Below are positions 49,308 to 58,632 of a stretch of 64,000 nucleotides of DNA, piece by piece; the first letter of the stretch is position 1; each line of letters starts with the position of its first letter. The position numbers and the translations under genes are program-made. Source of the DNA: a virus. The notes beneath the pieces are model-generated. The model did not search any database. It was not told where the DNA came from and was given only the letters and a program-made list of their open reading frames with translations. The DNA lies in the IMG/VR virus record IMGVR_UViG_3300027628_000003, positions 1 through 64,000 of that record. One strand, given 5' to 3'.

Positions 49308-49910
49308 TTATTCTTCCTCCTTAATCACAGTGTCTGCTATAACCTCTAACTTACCTTGGAACAACCATGTTTGCAGTACTTCTTTCTGAATACCTAACTC
49401 TCTAGGCTTCCTGCCTTCACCCTCCATGTACACATCGGTTCTAATTCTAACCTCATCTTCAACTATGGCTACTACTTCAAGAGCATTATGACTCGTTATA
49501 TAAGTGTCAGAGCCTGTTGCCAGAGGTACTGTTGTATAGAACCTTGACCGCTCATGTATCTCAGGTATCTGGGTTTGTTCCGTTAGTTCCTTTAGCTCTA
49601 TTCTACGGATGTAATCAGAGAGACATTGATTATTTATACAGAAGTAGTATACAGGGACACCAATGTTCCTCCAGTCACCGTTACCTAGAAGACCACCTCC
49701 ACCTTTTCCACCCACATGAAGGTTACCTACCAGCTCTATGTAACTCTCCTGATGGGTAAGGTGTTGACAATTACACTCATTACAATTAACAAACTCCACT
49801 ATCTCATCGTTGTACTGGATAACCTCTAACTCTCCTGTAGATTTAAGTACAGCCTTTCTAGGTTGGTTCTGAAGCCTAATGCCTGTTACCTCTTCTATTG
49901 TGCTCTTCAT
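49308..49910 (-). CDS. hypothetical CxxC/Gly-run protein (paralogue of 48719..49306)
   Basis: 200 aa. See its paralogue. Confidence 0.6.
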   Translation of the reverse strand: MKSTIEEVTGIRLQNQPRKAVLKSTGELEVIQYNDEIVEFVNCNECNCQHLTHQESYIELVGNLHVGGKGGGGLLGNGDWRNIGVPVYYFCINNQCLSDYIRRIELKELTEQTQIPEIHERSRFYTTVPLATGSDTYITSHNALEVVAIVEDEVRIRTDVYMEGEGRKPRELGIQKEVLQTWLFQGKLEVIADTVIKEEE

Positions 49911-50281
49911 TTTACTTCTCTCCCCTCTACTTTAATACCTAATTCATCCATCTTTTCTACAGTGAACCATAATGAACTAGGCTCTACACTACCGTACACT
50001 CCACCCATGTCTTCAAATACCCAGTATATTTCTTCAAACAGGATAGAATACATTATCTTATCCTCAGTTACCCTAACCTCTTTGATAACTCCTTTAGTAC
50101 CTTCTCTTAGCTCAGAACCTTGGTCATCTATGTAGTGGCTCTTGGAGACAGTAACCTCAGTACCTAGTATGATAATTGTGATACATCTGTAGATAGGCTT
50201 AGTCTCTGGCTCTATAGGTATGTTCCATGGTCTTCTGCCCACTTCTACTATTTCTTCCTTCTTAGCTTTATCGAATGCCAT
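49907..50281 (-). CDS. hypothetical protein (paralogue of 51250..51510)
   Basis: 124 aa. Shares GTKGV(I/V).E and (D/K)ELGI(K/R)(V/I) with 51250..51510. Confidence 0.55.
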   Translation of the reverse strand: MAFDKAKKEEIVEVGRRPWNIPIEPETKPIYRCITIIILGTEVTVSKSHYIDDQGSELREGTKGVIKEVRVTEDKIMYSILFEEIYWVFEDMGGVYGSVEPSSLWFTVEKMDELGIKVEGREVK

Positions 50282-50293
50282 TATTATAACCTC

Positions 50294-50461
50294 CTATAGT
50301 GATTTTAATTTCTGTGCTAATAACTTCCACCCATCAGGTAACTGTCTCTTGGCTATGAAGGAAGCCCCTTTACAGTTGAAACATGCAGACACCTTACAGG
50401 CTCTTACATGTGAAGAGGTCTCCCTCATACCACACTTACGACAAGTATATACTATGAGCAT
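50294..50461 (-). CDS. small Cys-rich zinc-binding protein (55 aa)
   Basis: TGATG overlap with the upstream stop. Reads MLIVYTCRKCGMRETSSHVRACKVSACFNCKGASFIAKRQLPDGWKLLAQKLKSL. Its end carries the RBS of the next gene. Below the track cutoff. Confidence 0.5.
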   Translation of the reverse strand: MLIVYTCRKCGMRETSSHVRACKVSACFNCKGASFIAKRQLPDGWKLLAQKLKSL

Positions 50462-50892
50462 CAGTAACCTCTCCAGTACCAGACTTGGACTTGTGTAAAG
50501 TAACCTAGTTGAGTATTAGACTTCTTATAAGAACGTCCACCAGAGAATGGGTGATTAGTGAACTCCCATAGTTCTCTTTCAGCTTTCCTAAATTCTTCAC
50601 TATCCTCTTTCCATCTCAGTTCTAAACCTAACCATCGCTTATCTTTAATCACTTCTCTTGGTAGATTATCTGTTAGTTGTGAACCGCACTCACTACAGTA
50701 GTTACCTTTTCTTTCCTTATCACATCTCCTACACCCTTTAACATGGTCATAGGTAACGGTTTGGAATCTAGCAAAGATTTGCTTACCCTCCATTAGCTTC
50801 TGAAATGCCTTCTCTGTTGTTAGCTTAATTAACTTCTCTCCTCTATCTAAATCCCCATTACTTACTGACACATTTCTATGCTCTAGTCCCAT
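50461..50892 (-). CDS. hypothetical zinc-ribbon protein
   Basis: 143 aa with CRRCDKERKGNYCSECG. Confidence 0.6.
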   Translation of the reverse strand: MGLEHRNVSVSNGDLDRGEKLIKLTTEKAFQKLMEGKQIFARFQTVTYDHVKGCRRCDKERKGNYCSECGSQLTDNLPREVIKDKRWLGLELRWKEDSEEFRKAERELWEFTNHPFSGGRSYKKSNTQLGYFTQVQVWYWRGY

Positions 50893-50905
50893 TTTAGTAT
50901 CCTCC

Positions 50906-51253
50906 CTAGAAATCGTTATAAATTTTATGTGGTATACCTGCCTGCCCCATCTTCATAAGCATGTCATTAGTCCCCTTACTGTTCAGCTTGCTTCTGAACC
51001 CTAGACCATATTCAGGCTTACCTTCATGTAACATCTGGCTGTTACGGTATAAGCCCTCACGCTTATCCCCTTTCCAGTCAGCCTTATATTCTTCTACTTC
51101 AAAGCCTAATTGTTTGGCTATGATGTCTACTATCTTATCTAAGCCCTTAGCACCACCATGTATGATAACAGAGTCTGCTGGTAGTTCCAGCAGAGCATCT
51201 ATTACCATATCAACGTTCTTGAAATCTCTACTTCCCGTACATAAGACCCTCAT
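50906..51253 (-). CDS. SLOG-superfamily protein (DUF2493/YspA-like)
   Basis: 115 aa. MRVLCTGSRDF...VIIHGGAKGLDKIV...YKADW...GLYRNSQML... matches the DUF2493 pattern (G-x-R-D, HGGA-G-D, RN--M) as I remember it. Confidence 0.75.
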   Translation of the reverse strand: MRVLCTGSRDFKNVDMVIDALLELPADSVIIHGGAKGLDKIVDIIAKQLGFEVEEYKADWKGDKREGLYRNSQMLHEGKPEYGLGFRSKLNSKGTNDMLMKMGQAGIPHKIYNDF

Positions 51254-51510
51254 GGTGACTGAATAATCCTAATACCTAATTCCTTAATTCTCTCTTCCGT
51301 AAGGATATAAGGTACATCTTCCTCTGCTTTCCACCCGTCCATCAGAACTATATCAAAATAGATTGTGTAGTGTCTACCTTCTTTACGGTCTATACTAATA
51401 GTCTCTACTACTCCTTTAGTACCTTTTGGTATAACACTGATACCAAAATCTACTTGCTTGTTGCATAGCATTACAGAACCTGGTCTAAAAGCTATATACA
51501 TATTAGGCAT
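51250..51510 (-). CDS. hypothetical protein (paralogue of 49907..50281)
   Basis: 86 aa, ATGA overlap downstream. Confidence 0.55.
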   Translation of the reverse strand: MPNMYIAFRPGSVMLCNKQVDFGISVIPKGTKGVVETISIDRKEGRHYTIYFDIVLMDGWKAEEDVPYILTEERIKELGIRIIQSP

Positions 51511-52180
51511 TGTTTGCTACCTCCTTACGCTTACGTGATTCACGTATTCTGATTGCCATATTCTTTAAAGCATCAAACTGCTTATCAGATAGAGCGTTAC
51601 CCTCGTTCCACTGTTTTTGTAGGCTTTGGAAGAAACTATTCTCCCCATGCCCAGCACTATGTATAATACTTGCTGCATATCGGATAGCGTCTATCTGATG
51701 ATTACGCTTGTGCTCTACCTCTTGTGGGTCTGGTGTGTAAGGCTTGTTCTTAAGACTATCTAAGCCTTCCACGAATTTCTTACTAAACTCTTTATCCTTC
51801 ATCTTAGCTTCACCATGTATGATGTAACCTACACACACGCTTCCAAGTTCCAGATAGACACCAGTTTTAGTATTCTTGCATAAGTATCTGTATCTAATCT
51901 GCTGATGTTGGCAGTATTCACATGTTGTTTTATTACCTCTACCATTGTCTTTCACCTTACCAGTGAATATCCACTCTTTTCTAAGCTGTTCTCTGAAGTA
52001 CTCATCTTGTTCCTTACTAGTGTACTCATTCAGAACCTTAGCATCTTCTCTAGTAATTGATAGGACTGCTCTCTTACCCTCCCTGCGTAATGCATCTGTG
52101 TACATGTACAGGTCAGCGTCCTCTTCTATACATTTGCTAAGGATTAATATTCTCCACTCACCAACTGTTAAGTTAGACAT
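51503..52180 (-). CDS. hypothetical protein with central CxxC...C motif
   Basis: 225 aa with TCEYCQHQQIRYRYLC...LGSVCVG. Confidence 0.6.
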   Translation of the reverse strand: MSNLTVGEWRILILSKCIEEDADLYMYTDALRREGKRAVLSITREDAKVLNEYTSKEQDEYFREQLRKEWIFTGKVKDNGRGNKTTCEYCQHQQIRYRYLCKNTKTGVYLELGSVCVGYIIHGEAKMKDKEFSKKFVEGLDSLKNKPYTPDPQEVEHKRNHQIDAIRYAASIIHSAGHGENSFFQSLQKQWNEGNALSDKQFDALKNMAIRIRESRKRKEVANNA

Positions 52181-52274
52181 CCTCTACACCTCTCCTTTTA
52201 GACTCAATGTACTTCTGACTTCCATGAGTCAATTTTCACACGAAACAGAGAGAAAAGCAAATCAATCCTCTTAC

Positions 52275-52313
52275 AATAAATAAAAAAGGAGACAACATCA
52301 AAGTTGTCTCCTT
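52275..52313 (-). terminator. intrinsic terminator
   Basis: 11-bp stem AAGGAGACAAC/GTTGTCTCCTT followed by TTTTTATTTAT. Confidence 0.8.
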
Positions 52314-52320
52314 ACAGTGC

Positions 52321-52662
52321 CTATGCCTTATATTGTTCCTTGCTCTTGTAGTAGTTTTCCATGTCTTCCTTAGCCTTGTTTAACATGTGTCGTTTGAAGT
52401 CTACCTTACGTTTAATACGCTTCTTCTGACTACCTTTGTTAGTAGCTTTATACTTACCTTCCCAAAAGGCTAGTTCCTTCTCCCTTACAGCCACCTCACT
52501 CTCAGGAGTGATACCCATTAGGTCATAGATACTAAAGGTCGGCATGAAGTCACTAACCTCTACTTCCCCTACCCAGCTTACTTTAGGTACTTCTACTTCA
52601 TTTTCTGCTCTTGTGGTAAAACGACCTGTTCTAACACCTTTGGTATTAATGTACTGTTCCAT
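52321..52662 (-). CDS. hypothetical protein
   Basis: Start moved to the ATG at 52662 (GGAGGATGTTAAAG-ATG). A terminator follows the stop. Confidence 0.55.
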   Translation of the reverse strand: MEQYINTKGVRTGRFTTRAENEVEVPKVSWVGEVEVSDFMPTFSIYDLMGITPESEVAVREKELAFWEGKYKATNKGSQKKRIKRKVDFKRHMLNKAKEDMENYYKSKEQYKA

Positions 52663-52984
52663 CTTTAACATCCTCCCCACTAGCTATTGCCATCATCATT
52701 TGTAACACCTGCTTAGTCAGTCTTTCCTCACCCTCAGGTATAGGTGCGGCACCACAACCTACCTCATCAAACAGTGCCATTGTGATACCCTTCTCTTCAT
52801 GGTCTACTAAGAAAATGTGACTAACTCCATCCTTGTAAACCAATAGGTGAGATAGAATTACTGTGCCCTCTGGCTTACCTGCATTGGCAGACACATCTAT
52901 GTTAAGGCTACCAACCTTTACTCCTGGTAATAAAAACTTGTCGATAGCTAAAAACAACTCAATATCCATGTGAAATTCATTCAT
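52646..52984 (-). CDS. hypothetical protein
   Basis: 112 aa. Confidence 0.55.
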   Translation of the reverse strand: MNEFHMDIELFLAIDKFLLPGVKVGSLNIDVSANAGKPEGTVILSHLLVYKDGVSHIFLVDHEEKGITMALFDEVGCGAAPIPEGEERLTKQVLQMMMAIASGEDVKDGTVH

Positions 52985-52996
52985 TTTCTATTCCCC

Positions 52997-53308
52997 CTAC
53001 ATAAAATCTGATTGTCTGTGACCTACTTCAGACACCTTACTAAACTTACCTTGTTCCTCTGCTAGGTACTCCTCAACATACCCTCTTGCGGTTGCTAGGT
53101 GACTGTAGTGTAAGAAACCATCAATCTGTTCGATATCATCCATGTACTCAGTAAGGTCATTATCCTCTAGCACCTTTTTGATAGCTGAGTGTCTCATTTC
53201 CCAACAGAAACTAGGCTCTCCACCAGATACAAACATCTCTGGCTTCTCTTGTGCCCACTCTTCCAATACCTTTACTGCTTCATCCCTTACTTCACCATTC
53301 GTCATCAT
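52997..53308 (-). CDS. hypothetical protein
   Basis: 103 aa. Confidence 0.55.
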   Translation of the reverse strand: MMTNGEVRDEAVKVLEEWAQEKPEMFVSGGEPSFCWEMRHSAIKKVLEDNDLTEYMDDIEQIDGFLHYSHLATARGYVEEYLAEEQGKFSKVSEVGHRQSDFM

Positions 53309-53310
53309 TA

Positions 53311-53532
53311 CTATCCCTCCATATGGTCAATTATATTAAGTGCCAACTTGTGGTCAGCCTTTAGTTCTTTACACTGGATAGTTCCGTACATGAAATCCAG
53401 TATCAGTTGTGCTTCCTCTGGATGAAGTACTAACATCATGTCTCCTTCAGTAAGGGCTGAAGCCCCCTTAGGGGCTTTATTCAACCGTGCTAACTTTGCC
53501 CTACGCTTCAGTTCCTCTAACTCTGCCGACAT
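53311..53532 (-). CDS. hypothetical protein
   Basis: 73 aa with a strong RBS, aaaggaggctacac. Confidence 0.55.
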   Translation of the reverse strand: MSAELEELKRRAKLARLNKAPKGASALTEGDMMLVLHPEEAQLILDFMYGTIQCKELKADHKLALNIIDHMEG

Positions 53533-53728
53533 GTGTAGCCTCCTTTCTAAGGCTTATGTAGAGGTTACTACCTATTACCAGAGTTCCTCTACGACCTTCT
53601 ATAGATTCTATATCTGCTTCTGTTATTCTCTGGAAGTGTTCTACATCTACTAGGAACACGGTAGTTCCTGTTCTGACCTCTACCTGTCGTAGTCTAAGGT
53701 CAGCAATGTAGTTAACCTTTATATTCAT
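53501..53728 (-). CDS. hypothetical protein
   Basis: 75 aa, overlaps the next gene by 32 nt. Confidence 0.5.
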   Translation of the reverse strand: MNIKVNYIADLRLRQVEVRTGTTVFLVDVEHFQRITEADIESIEGRRGTLVIGSNLYISLRKEATHVGRVRGTEA

Positions 53729-54008
53729 TAGACCTGTCCACCTTACCCTCTACAGACATTGATACTCGTCGTACAGTTCTTTTTACTTTTAGGATACCTG
53801 CTGAATGGTCTATCAGGGCATTTAAATTAAGTAAGCAATCCCCACATAGAACCATTGTAGTAGTTGTGTTAGAGCCATTACCAAAGTACAACTTATAAGC
53901 TGACTCAGGGCTTCTAGCCAAACAGTTATTGCAACTACACTCTTCCTCCATTCGCGCTAACCTCACGAATATCACCTCTCCTTTATGCTTGGTGTGTCCC
54001 TCGACCAC
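53712..54008 (-). CDS. hypothetical zinc-finger protein
   Basis: 98 aa with CSCNNC...CGDC. Confidence 0.55.
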   Translation of the reverse strand: MVEGHTKHKGEVIFVRLARMEEECSCNNCLARSPESAYKLYFGNGSNTTTTMVLCGDCLLNLNALIDHSAGILKVKRTVRRVSMSVEGKVDRSNEYKG

Positions 54009-54073
54009 ATCCTTATTTTTTCCGAATCCCCGAAAAAAGTCAAACCAGTAGACCTATACAAGAAAAGACTACC

Positions 54074-54700
54074 CTAAAGGGTAGCCTTGACGTGTTCTTT
54101 CATAATAGTCTCCATTACATAGTGAGCTGATTCCTTGCTATCAACTATATTGATATTAGTAACATCAATCTCAACTTTAGGGCTGTAGTGGTACGTTCTA
54201 TACCAGACTTCATATGCTTGGTTTAGCTTCTCCCAGTACGAACGCTCTACGTTCAACTCCGACTTCCTATTTCTTTTTTGAATTCGGTTGATACACTCAT
54301 CAGTGGAGCATTTTAGGTAAACCATAAGTGCTGGTGGTTCAGTTAGGGCACGGAATGTATGGAATATGTTGATGTAGTCATTCATATTACGTTCCGTCAT
54401 GATACCATCTTGAGTCATCATAGAAGCAAATATCAAGTTCCCATACATGCTCATATCCATAATGTGCTCATCTAAACGTTGTGCATGTAGAGCCTGTTTG
54501 AAGCGTTCATGTAACAGGAATACCTGCATTGCGTAGCCATGCTTATGCGGATCTTTGTAGTAGTCCTCTAGATAAGGATTACTCTTGACTGGTTCTTTGA
54601 ACAGTGTAATACCTGTATGAGCTGCTAACATCTCAGCTAATGTACTCTTACCTGCTCCAACACTACCTTGGATTACTATACCAGTACCTTTACTCTTCAT
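54074..54700 (-). CDS. deoxynucleoside kinase
   Basis: 208 aa. P-loop GSVGAGKSTLAE, EPV..NPYLEDYY, and a FLLHERF (dNK ERS-like) region. Confidence 0.85.
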   Translation of the reverse strand: MKSKGTGIVIQGSVGAGKSTLAEMLAAHTGITLFKEPVKSNPYLEDYYKDPHKHGYAMQVFLLHERFKQALHAQRLDEHIMDMSMYGNLIFASMMTQDGIMTERNMNDYINIFHTFRALTEPPALMVYLKCSTDECINRIQKRNRKSELNVERSYWEKLNQAYEVWYRTYHYSPKVEIDVTNINIVDSKESAHYVMETIMKEHVKATL

Positions 54701-54983
54701 CAGATGTCTCCCCTTTGATAGTTACAGTAATAGTAGCATCATTGTTCACTTTTACTTCTACTGGAATCTTCATGCGTTTGGCAACAGTATTGATAGCCCT
54801 ACTCATCCTGATAGCTGTTATAGATACACTCCTAGACTTAGTGACAGGCTTCTTAGCACCTCTGTTCATCTTAGTACACAGTTTACACTTAGCAGCCTTG
54901 CCATCAGGTCTATTCCTGTTATTATGAAACTCATCCACAGACAATTCTAAATCACAAGCTATGCATACTTTTGTGCCTCCCAT
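54690..54983 (-). CDS. hypothetical zinc-ribbon protein
   Basis: 97 aa with CIACDLELSVDEF...CKLC. Confidence 0.55.
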   Translation of the reverse strand: MGGTKVCIACDLELSVDEFHNNRNRPDGKAAKCKLCTKMNRGAKKPVTKSRSVSITAIRMSRAINTVAKRMKIPVEVKVNNDATITVTIKGETSDEE

Positions 54984-55329
54984 ACTGCACCGCCCCTTCC
55001 AGTAGTTCTTTTAAATATTCATCACTGCAATACTCCACACCATATTTCACTCTGAACATACGTTCCTGCTTTGCCTTATCAGGGTCTACTTTAATCCTGG
55101 AAACCTTACTAAAGTTGCTCTTCACCATACCAGCAAGCTCATCCCCAGCCTTATCAGGGTCAGATAATATGAAAGTAGGAAGCCCCATGTCTAAGGCTTC
55201 CTGAATCTGCTCCCTGATACGTCCATTCATCTTCGTACCATTCGTTACTATGGTTTGGATGTCTTTAGGGCTGTAGACTCTGCGAATTGCTTCATGGTCA
55301 CTCCAACCTTCAACAACTACTGCTATCAT
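54952..55329 (-). CDS. Toprim-domain protein (RNase M5-like)
   Basis: 125 aa. IAVVVEGWSDHEAI supplies the Toprim Glu and FILSDPDKAGDELA supplies the DxD. Confidence 0.75.
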   Translation of the reverse strand: MIAVVVEGWSDHEAIRRVYSPKDIQTIVTNGTKMNGRIREQIQEALDMGLPTFILSDPDKAGDELAGMVKSNFSKVSRIKVDPDKAKQERMFRVKYGVEYCSDEYLKELLEGAVQYGRHKSMHSL

Positions 55330-55726
55330 CTTGTACCCTCCTTGTCACCAAAAGAATTGAGCCATTCTCTTTGGGTAGCCATCTAACAGAATCCACCCAG
55401 CCCATTCCAAGCAACGTCTGTGTTACAACCTTATGGAATCTATCGTTTTTAGGGTGTTCATCTGAATAAAATGGATAGATATTGGCATTCATCTTAACAA
55501 GAGTATATATCTGTAGGAAGTTGTTACTAACTTCTAGAAAGTGTGGCTTAGGTTCTGAACCACAAGTAACCAGACACTTCTCCACCATATTCATAAAACT
55601 GATAGAGTCTTTGACTTGTTCGGGGTTACAATGCCTCATTCCAAACATGGCTATCTCTTTCTCAATTTTACTAGCCTGTGCTGCCATAGCTTCTTCATGC
55701 TTCTTTCTTTGATACTCATTAGTCAT
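55310..55726 (-). CDS. hypothetical protein
   Basis: Start moved to the ATG at 55726 (ggggagaggacttat-ATG). Confidence 0.55.
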   Translation of the reverse strand: MTNEYQRKKHEEAMAAQASKIEKEIAMFGMRHCNPEQVKDSISFMNMVEKCLVTCGSEPKPHFLEVSNNFLQIYTLVKMNANIYPFYSDEHPKNDRFHKVVTQTLLGMGWVDSVRWLPKENGSILLVTRRVQDDSSSC

Positions 55727-56282
55727 ATAAGTCCTCTCCCCACCACTCAATTAGTCTTGCATACTCTTTGTCAAACTTTTGTATTAGGAAGTATAATCTA
55801 GCATGAAGCCTATTAGCAGGTACCCCTTCTTCCTCCGCTAACTGCTGAATAGTCTTCTGCTCTACTAGAAGTCCAATCATAAGATTTCGGTGTTTCTCTC
55901 CTAGCTGAATGTCTGGGTCAATACTATGAAGGTCAACTATACGTTGAAGCAACTCTGCATATTGAGTATCCTCTACCACAATACCGTTGTCATCATTGCT
56001 GTATGTCTCACGGTTTATGTTCTTGTGATACTTATTAACCCAGTGGAAGATACGTAAATCAAGCATCTTCTTAATATAGTACGGAAAGTCAACCCCACGG
56101 TGGGGGTTGTATTCCGTTACTAAACTTAGGAATGTACGGTCTATTTCAGCAGACAACTCTTCCTTATCTGTGTAGTTAGCCATCTGGTCTTTGAACTTGT
56201 TGTATATCTTTCTTCTAAGTGGCTCGTACTTATTGAATAGATACACAGGTTCAAAATGAGTAGGAGGTGTCATATCGTTCAT
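55719..56282 (-). CDS. sigma-70-family-like transcription factor (region 2 / region 4)
   Basis: 187 aa. FLSLVTEYNPHRGVDFPYYIKKMLDLRIFHWVNKY is region-2-like. KTIQQLAEEEGVPANRLHARLYFLIQKF is a region-4-like HTH. Confidence 0.6.
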   Translation of the reverse strand: MNDMTPPTHFEPVYLFNKYEPLRRKIYNKFKDQMANYTDKEELSAEIDRTFLSLVTEYNPHRGVDFPYYIKKMLDLRIFHWVNKYHKNINRETYSNDDNGIVVEDTQYAELLQRIVDLHSIDPDIQLGEKHRNLMIGLLVEQKTIQQLAEEEGVPANRLHARLYFLIQKFDKEYARLIEWWGEDLYD

Positions 56283-56581
56283 TCTACGTCACTAATCCTT
56301 TCTTCCCCACTGAAGATACCATTCCAGCATATGCAGGTAAAGACTTCAACTGTATAGTCCATCCCAAAGCACTCATAACTAACTCGTAGGTATCTCTCGT
56401 GAGCTTCCACTATTCGGATAACACGAACTTCTTTGGTAGAGCCACTAGTGTATAGTGCACGCCTACCTTCAAGAGCCTTGTACTCTTCTCTTAACTTTTT
56501 GTGTTGCTCGTCTACAGCACCAGCTACAGGAGAGCTATCTATCATAGATCGATATTGTAGTGCTTTGAGAAATTCCTTCAT
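56279..56581 (-). CDS. hypothetical protein
   Basis: 100 aa, ATGA overlap downstream. Confidence 0.55.
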   Translation of the reverse strand: MKEFLKALQYRSMIDSSPVAGAVDEQHKKLREEYKALEGRRALYTSGSTKEVRVIRIVEAHERYLRVSYECFGMDYTVEVFTCICWNGIFSGEERISDVE

Positions 56582-56594
56582 ACATTAACCACTC

Positions 56595-57875
56595 CTATTC
56601 TTTGTCAGGACGGAATCTTACGAACTCAGGGAAGCGTAGAGACTTCTTACCAGTCTTACTATTAGTAGACTCTTCTCGGTATTCAATCTCTATTACCTTG
56701 TTGATAAGCTCATTACGTCTAGCCCAAAGGTCTACTCGCATCTCATCAGTATATCCTCCACCAATGGATACCTCATTGCCTTTGTACTCAACAACTAAAG
56801 CTCCAAGTACTCCTTCATTCTTAGTTCCCTCTTTACCTTCTTCAAACCCCACTACTGTAAGGTCAACTCTGTTTACATCGACAATCTTTTGTATATCAAA
56901 GCTACGCTTACATTTATAGGTAGCATCTAAATCCTTAATCATAGTACCCTCATACCCTGTTGCTCTGTTATGACGGTGTAGGCGGAATACTTTTTGTTGT
57001 GATTCCTCACTGTCCTCAAATATTCCATCAGGCTGTACCCATTCTAGATTCCATAGAGGAAACTCTTGGATGTATTGTTGATCTACATACTCTAAGAAGT
57101 CAATACGCTCTTCAAGGATTTTGGTACTCTCACCTGCTTCAAACTCATGTATAGGTACTGCATCAAAGATATGCAGGATTCCTATTTTGTCATCAGATTT
57201 CTTAAATGCAGATTTTTGTACATCAGCGAATTTACCAGATGGTGCCATAATCTCACCATCATACATATACCCAACAGGTAGTTGAGCAATGTCTTGCTCG
57301 ATACCAGTATATCCAGTGATGATTTTACCATTTCTAGATTTCAATACTACTTTGCCACCACCATAGTTGAATGCATTACAGCGATATCCATCCAATTTTC
57401 TGTCTGCTGAATAACGTTTAGGATATTTCTTTAGTGGTTTGGCTAAAGCACAAGAGTATTCAGCTATTAAGCCTGGGAATACTTTGTTGATACTCTTAGC
57501 AGTAATACCAATTTTAAAGTCTTTTTGGATAGACTTCATGTACCACTCAGCTTCCTTCTGCCCACAGTTTAGTAGGAAGGTAGCTAGTGCATCTAGTGCA
57601 GCATTGCCAGTTAGCTCCCTGTTGTAGAGTTTAGATGTCAGGTCTAAATAACTGATATAGTTGTCATTCAAATTACCATAATCTGTAGGTAAGCTCTTAA
57701 TCTTTACTTTCTTCTTAACCCCATATATTAAATCTGGGTTATAAGTTCTTACTAGAATTTCTTTAAAGATGTTATTGTCCTCACCTGCTTTTAGGAAATC
57801 TTCTTTAGCTGTCCTTGATGTAGTTCCACCTATTGCTTCCAACAATTCGAATGCCTGTACAATCTGCTTAGTCAT
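56595..57875 (-). CDS. ATP-dependent DNA ligase
   Basis: 426 aa. Adenylation motif I is RKLDGYRC (KxDG), followed by the nucleotidyltransferase and OB-fold layout (…YDGEIM…, …EGTMIKD…, …LRFPEFVRFRPDKE). Confidence 0.85.
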   Translation of the reverse strand: MTKQIVQAFELLEAIGGTTSRTAKEDFLKAGEDNNIFKEILVRTYNPDLIYGVKKKVKIKSLPTDYGNLNDNYISYLDLTSKLYNRELTGNAALDALATFLLNCGQKEAEWYMKSIQKDFKIGITAKSINKVFPGLIAEYSCALAKPLKKYPKRYSADRKLDGYRCNAFNYGGGKVVLKSRNGKIITGYTGIEQDIAQLPVGYMYDGEIMAPSGKFADVQKSAFKKSDDKIGILHIFDAVPIHEFEAGESTKILEERIDFLEYVDQQYIQEFPLWNLEWVQPDGIFEDSEESQQKVFRLHRHNRATGYEGTMIKDLDATYKCKRSFDIQKIVDVNRVDLTVVGFEEGKEGTKNEGVLGALVVEYKGNEVSIGGGYTDEMRVDLWARRNELINKVIEIEYREESTNSKTGKKSLRFPEFVRFRPDKE

Positions 57876-57910
57876 TTAGATAAATCTCTCCTTTCAAGGT
57901 CTCTGAAATA

Positions 57911-57990
57911 AAAGAAGGGAAGTTCTCAGAGTTTTCCCTTTATTTGTCATACGGCATAAAATAAGAGGTCTCTCTACAGAGACCCCTCTT
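57911..57990 (-). terminator. tandem terminator hairpins upstream of the ligase gene
   Basis: AGAGGGGTCTCT-gtag-AGAGACCTCT followed by TATTTTAT, then AAGGGAA-N12-TTCCCTT followed by CTTTTATTT. Confidence 0.65.
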
Positions 57991-58210
57991 TTTTCTCTAG
58001 TCGATATACCATAATGAAACTGGTTACCCAACCTAGTACCCTTATACTCCAAATAGTTATGTCTGGAGGATGTGAGACGTAGTACTCATCTAGGTCTAGA
58101 ATACCCCACCATACCACTCCTACTAGGATTATTCCTGCTAATTGGAACACATAGCTGAATAGCCAGCACATCCACACTTGCCTTACAGTGTTCTGTATCC
58201 TCATGCCCAC
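57974..58210 (-). CDS. small membrane protein
   Basis: 78 aa with two or three hydrophobic helices. Confidence 0.5.
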   Translation of the reverse strand: MGMRIQNTVRQVWMCWLFSYVFQLAGIILVGVVWWGILDLDEYYVSHPPDITIWSIRVLGWVTSFIMVYRLEKKEGSL

Positions 58211-58632
58211 TTATTATCCTCCACATGCACTTGGATATGAGGATTATGTCCAGGTATAATATGGTCATATAAAGCCTTAAACCCAATAGTCTCAGCTAGA
58301 GTTGTGTACTTAACTGGAAATTTCTTTAGCGCCCATGCAGGGAAATGAGACTGCTTAAAGTGTTGCCACCATGTAGCAGGTACTTGGAAGGTAACTGTCT
58401 TCTCGAATTCCTTAGCAGGGACTCTTCTAGATATCCCCATCACGTAGCCACTAGCTAAATCATTGATTGCTCGTTCCATAAAGACATCAAAACCACCCAT
58501 ACAAGGCTCATAGTTCACATGTTGAGTAATAGTTTCCCTAATGCAGTTTAAAGTGACAGTCTTAAACTGTTCCGCCTCTAACTTTCTCCACATATCACCA
58601 TTGGCTCTATCATGCCACATATTACTCATCAT
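58201..58632 (-). CDS. hypothetical protein
   Basis: 143 aa. Confidence 0.55.
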   Translation of the reverse strand: MMSNMWHDRANGDMWRKLEAEQFKTVTLNCIRETITQHVNYEPCMGGFDVFMERAINDLASGYVMGISRRVPAKEFEKTVTFQVPATWWQHFKQSHFPAWALKKFPVKYTTLAETIGFKALYDHIIPGHNPHIQVHVEDNKWA

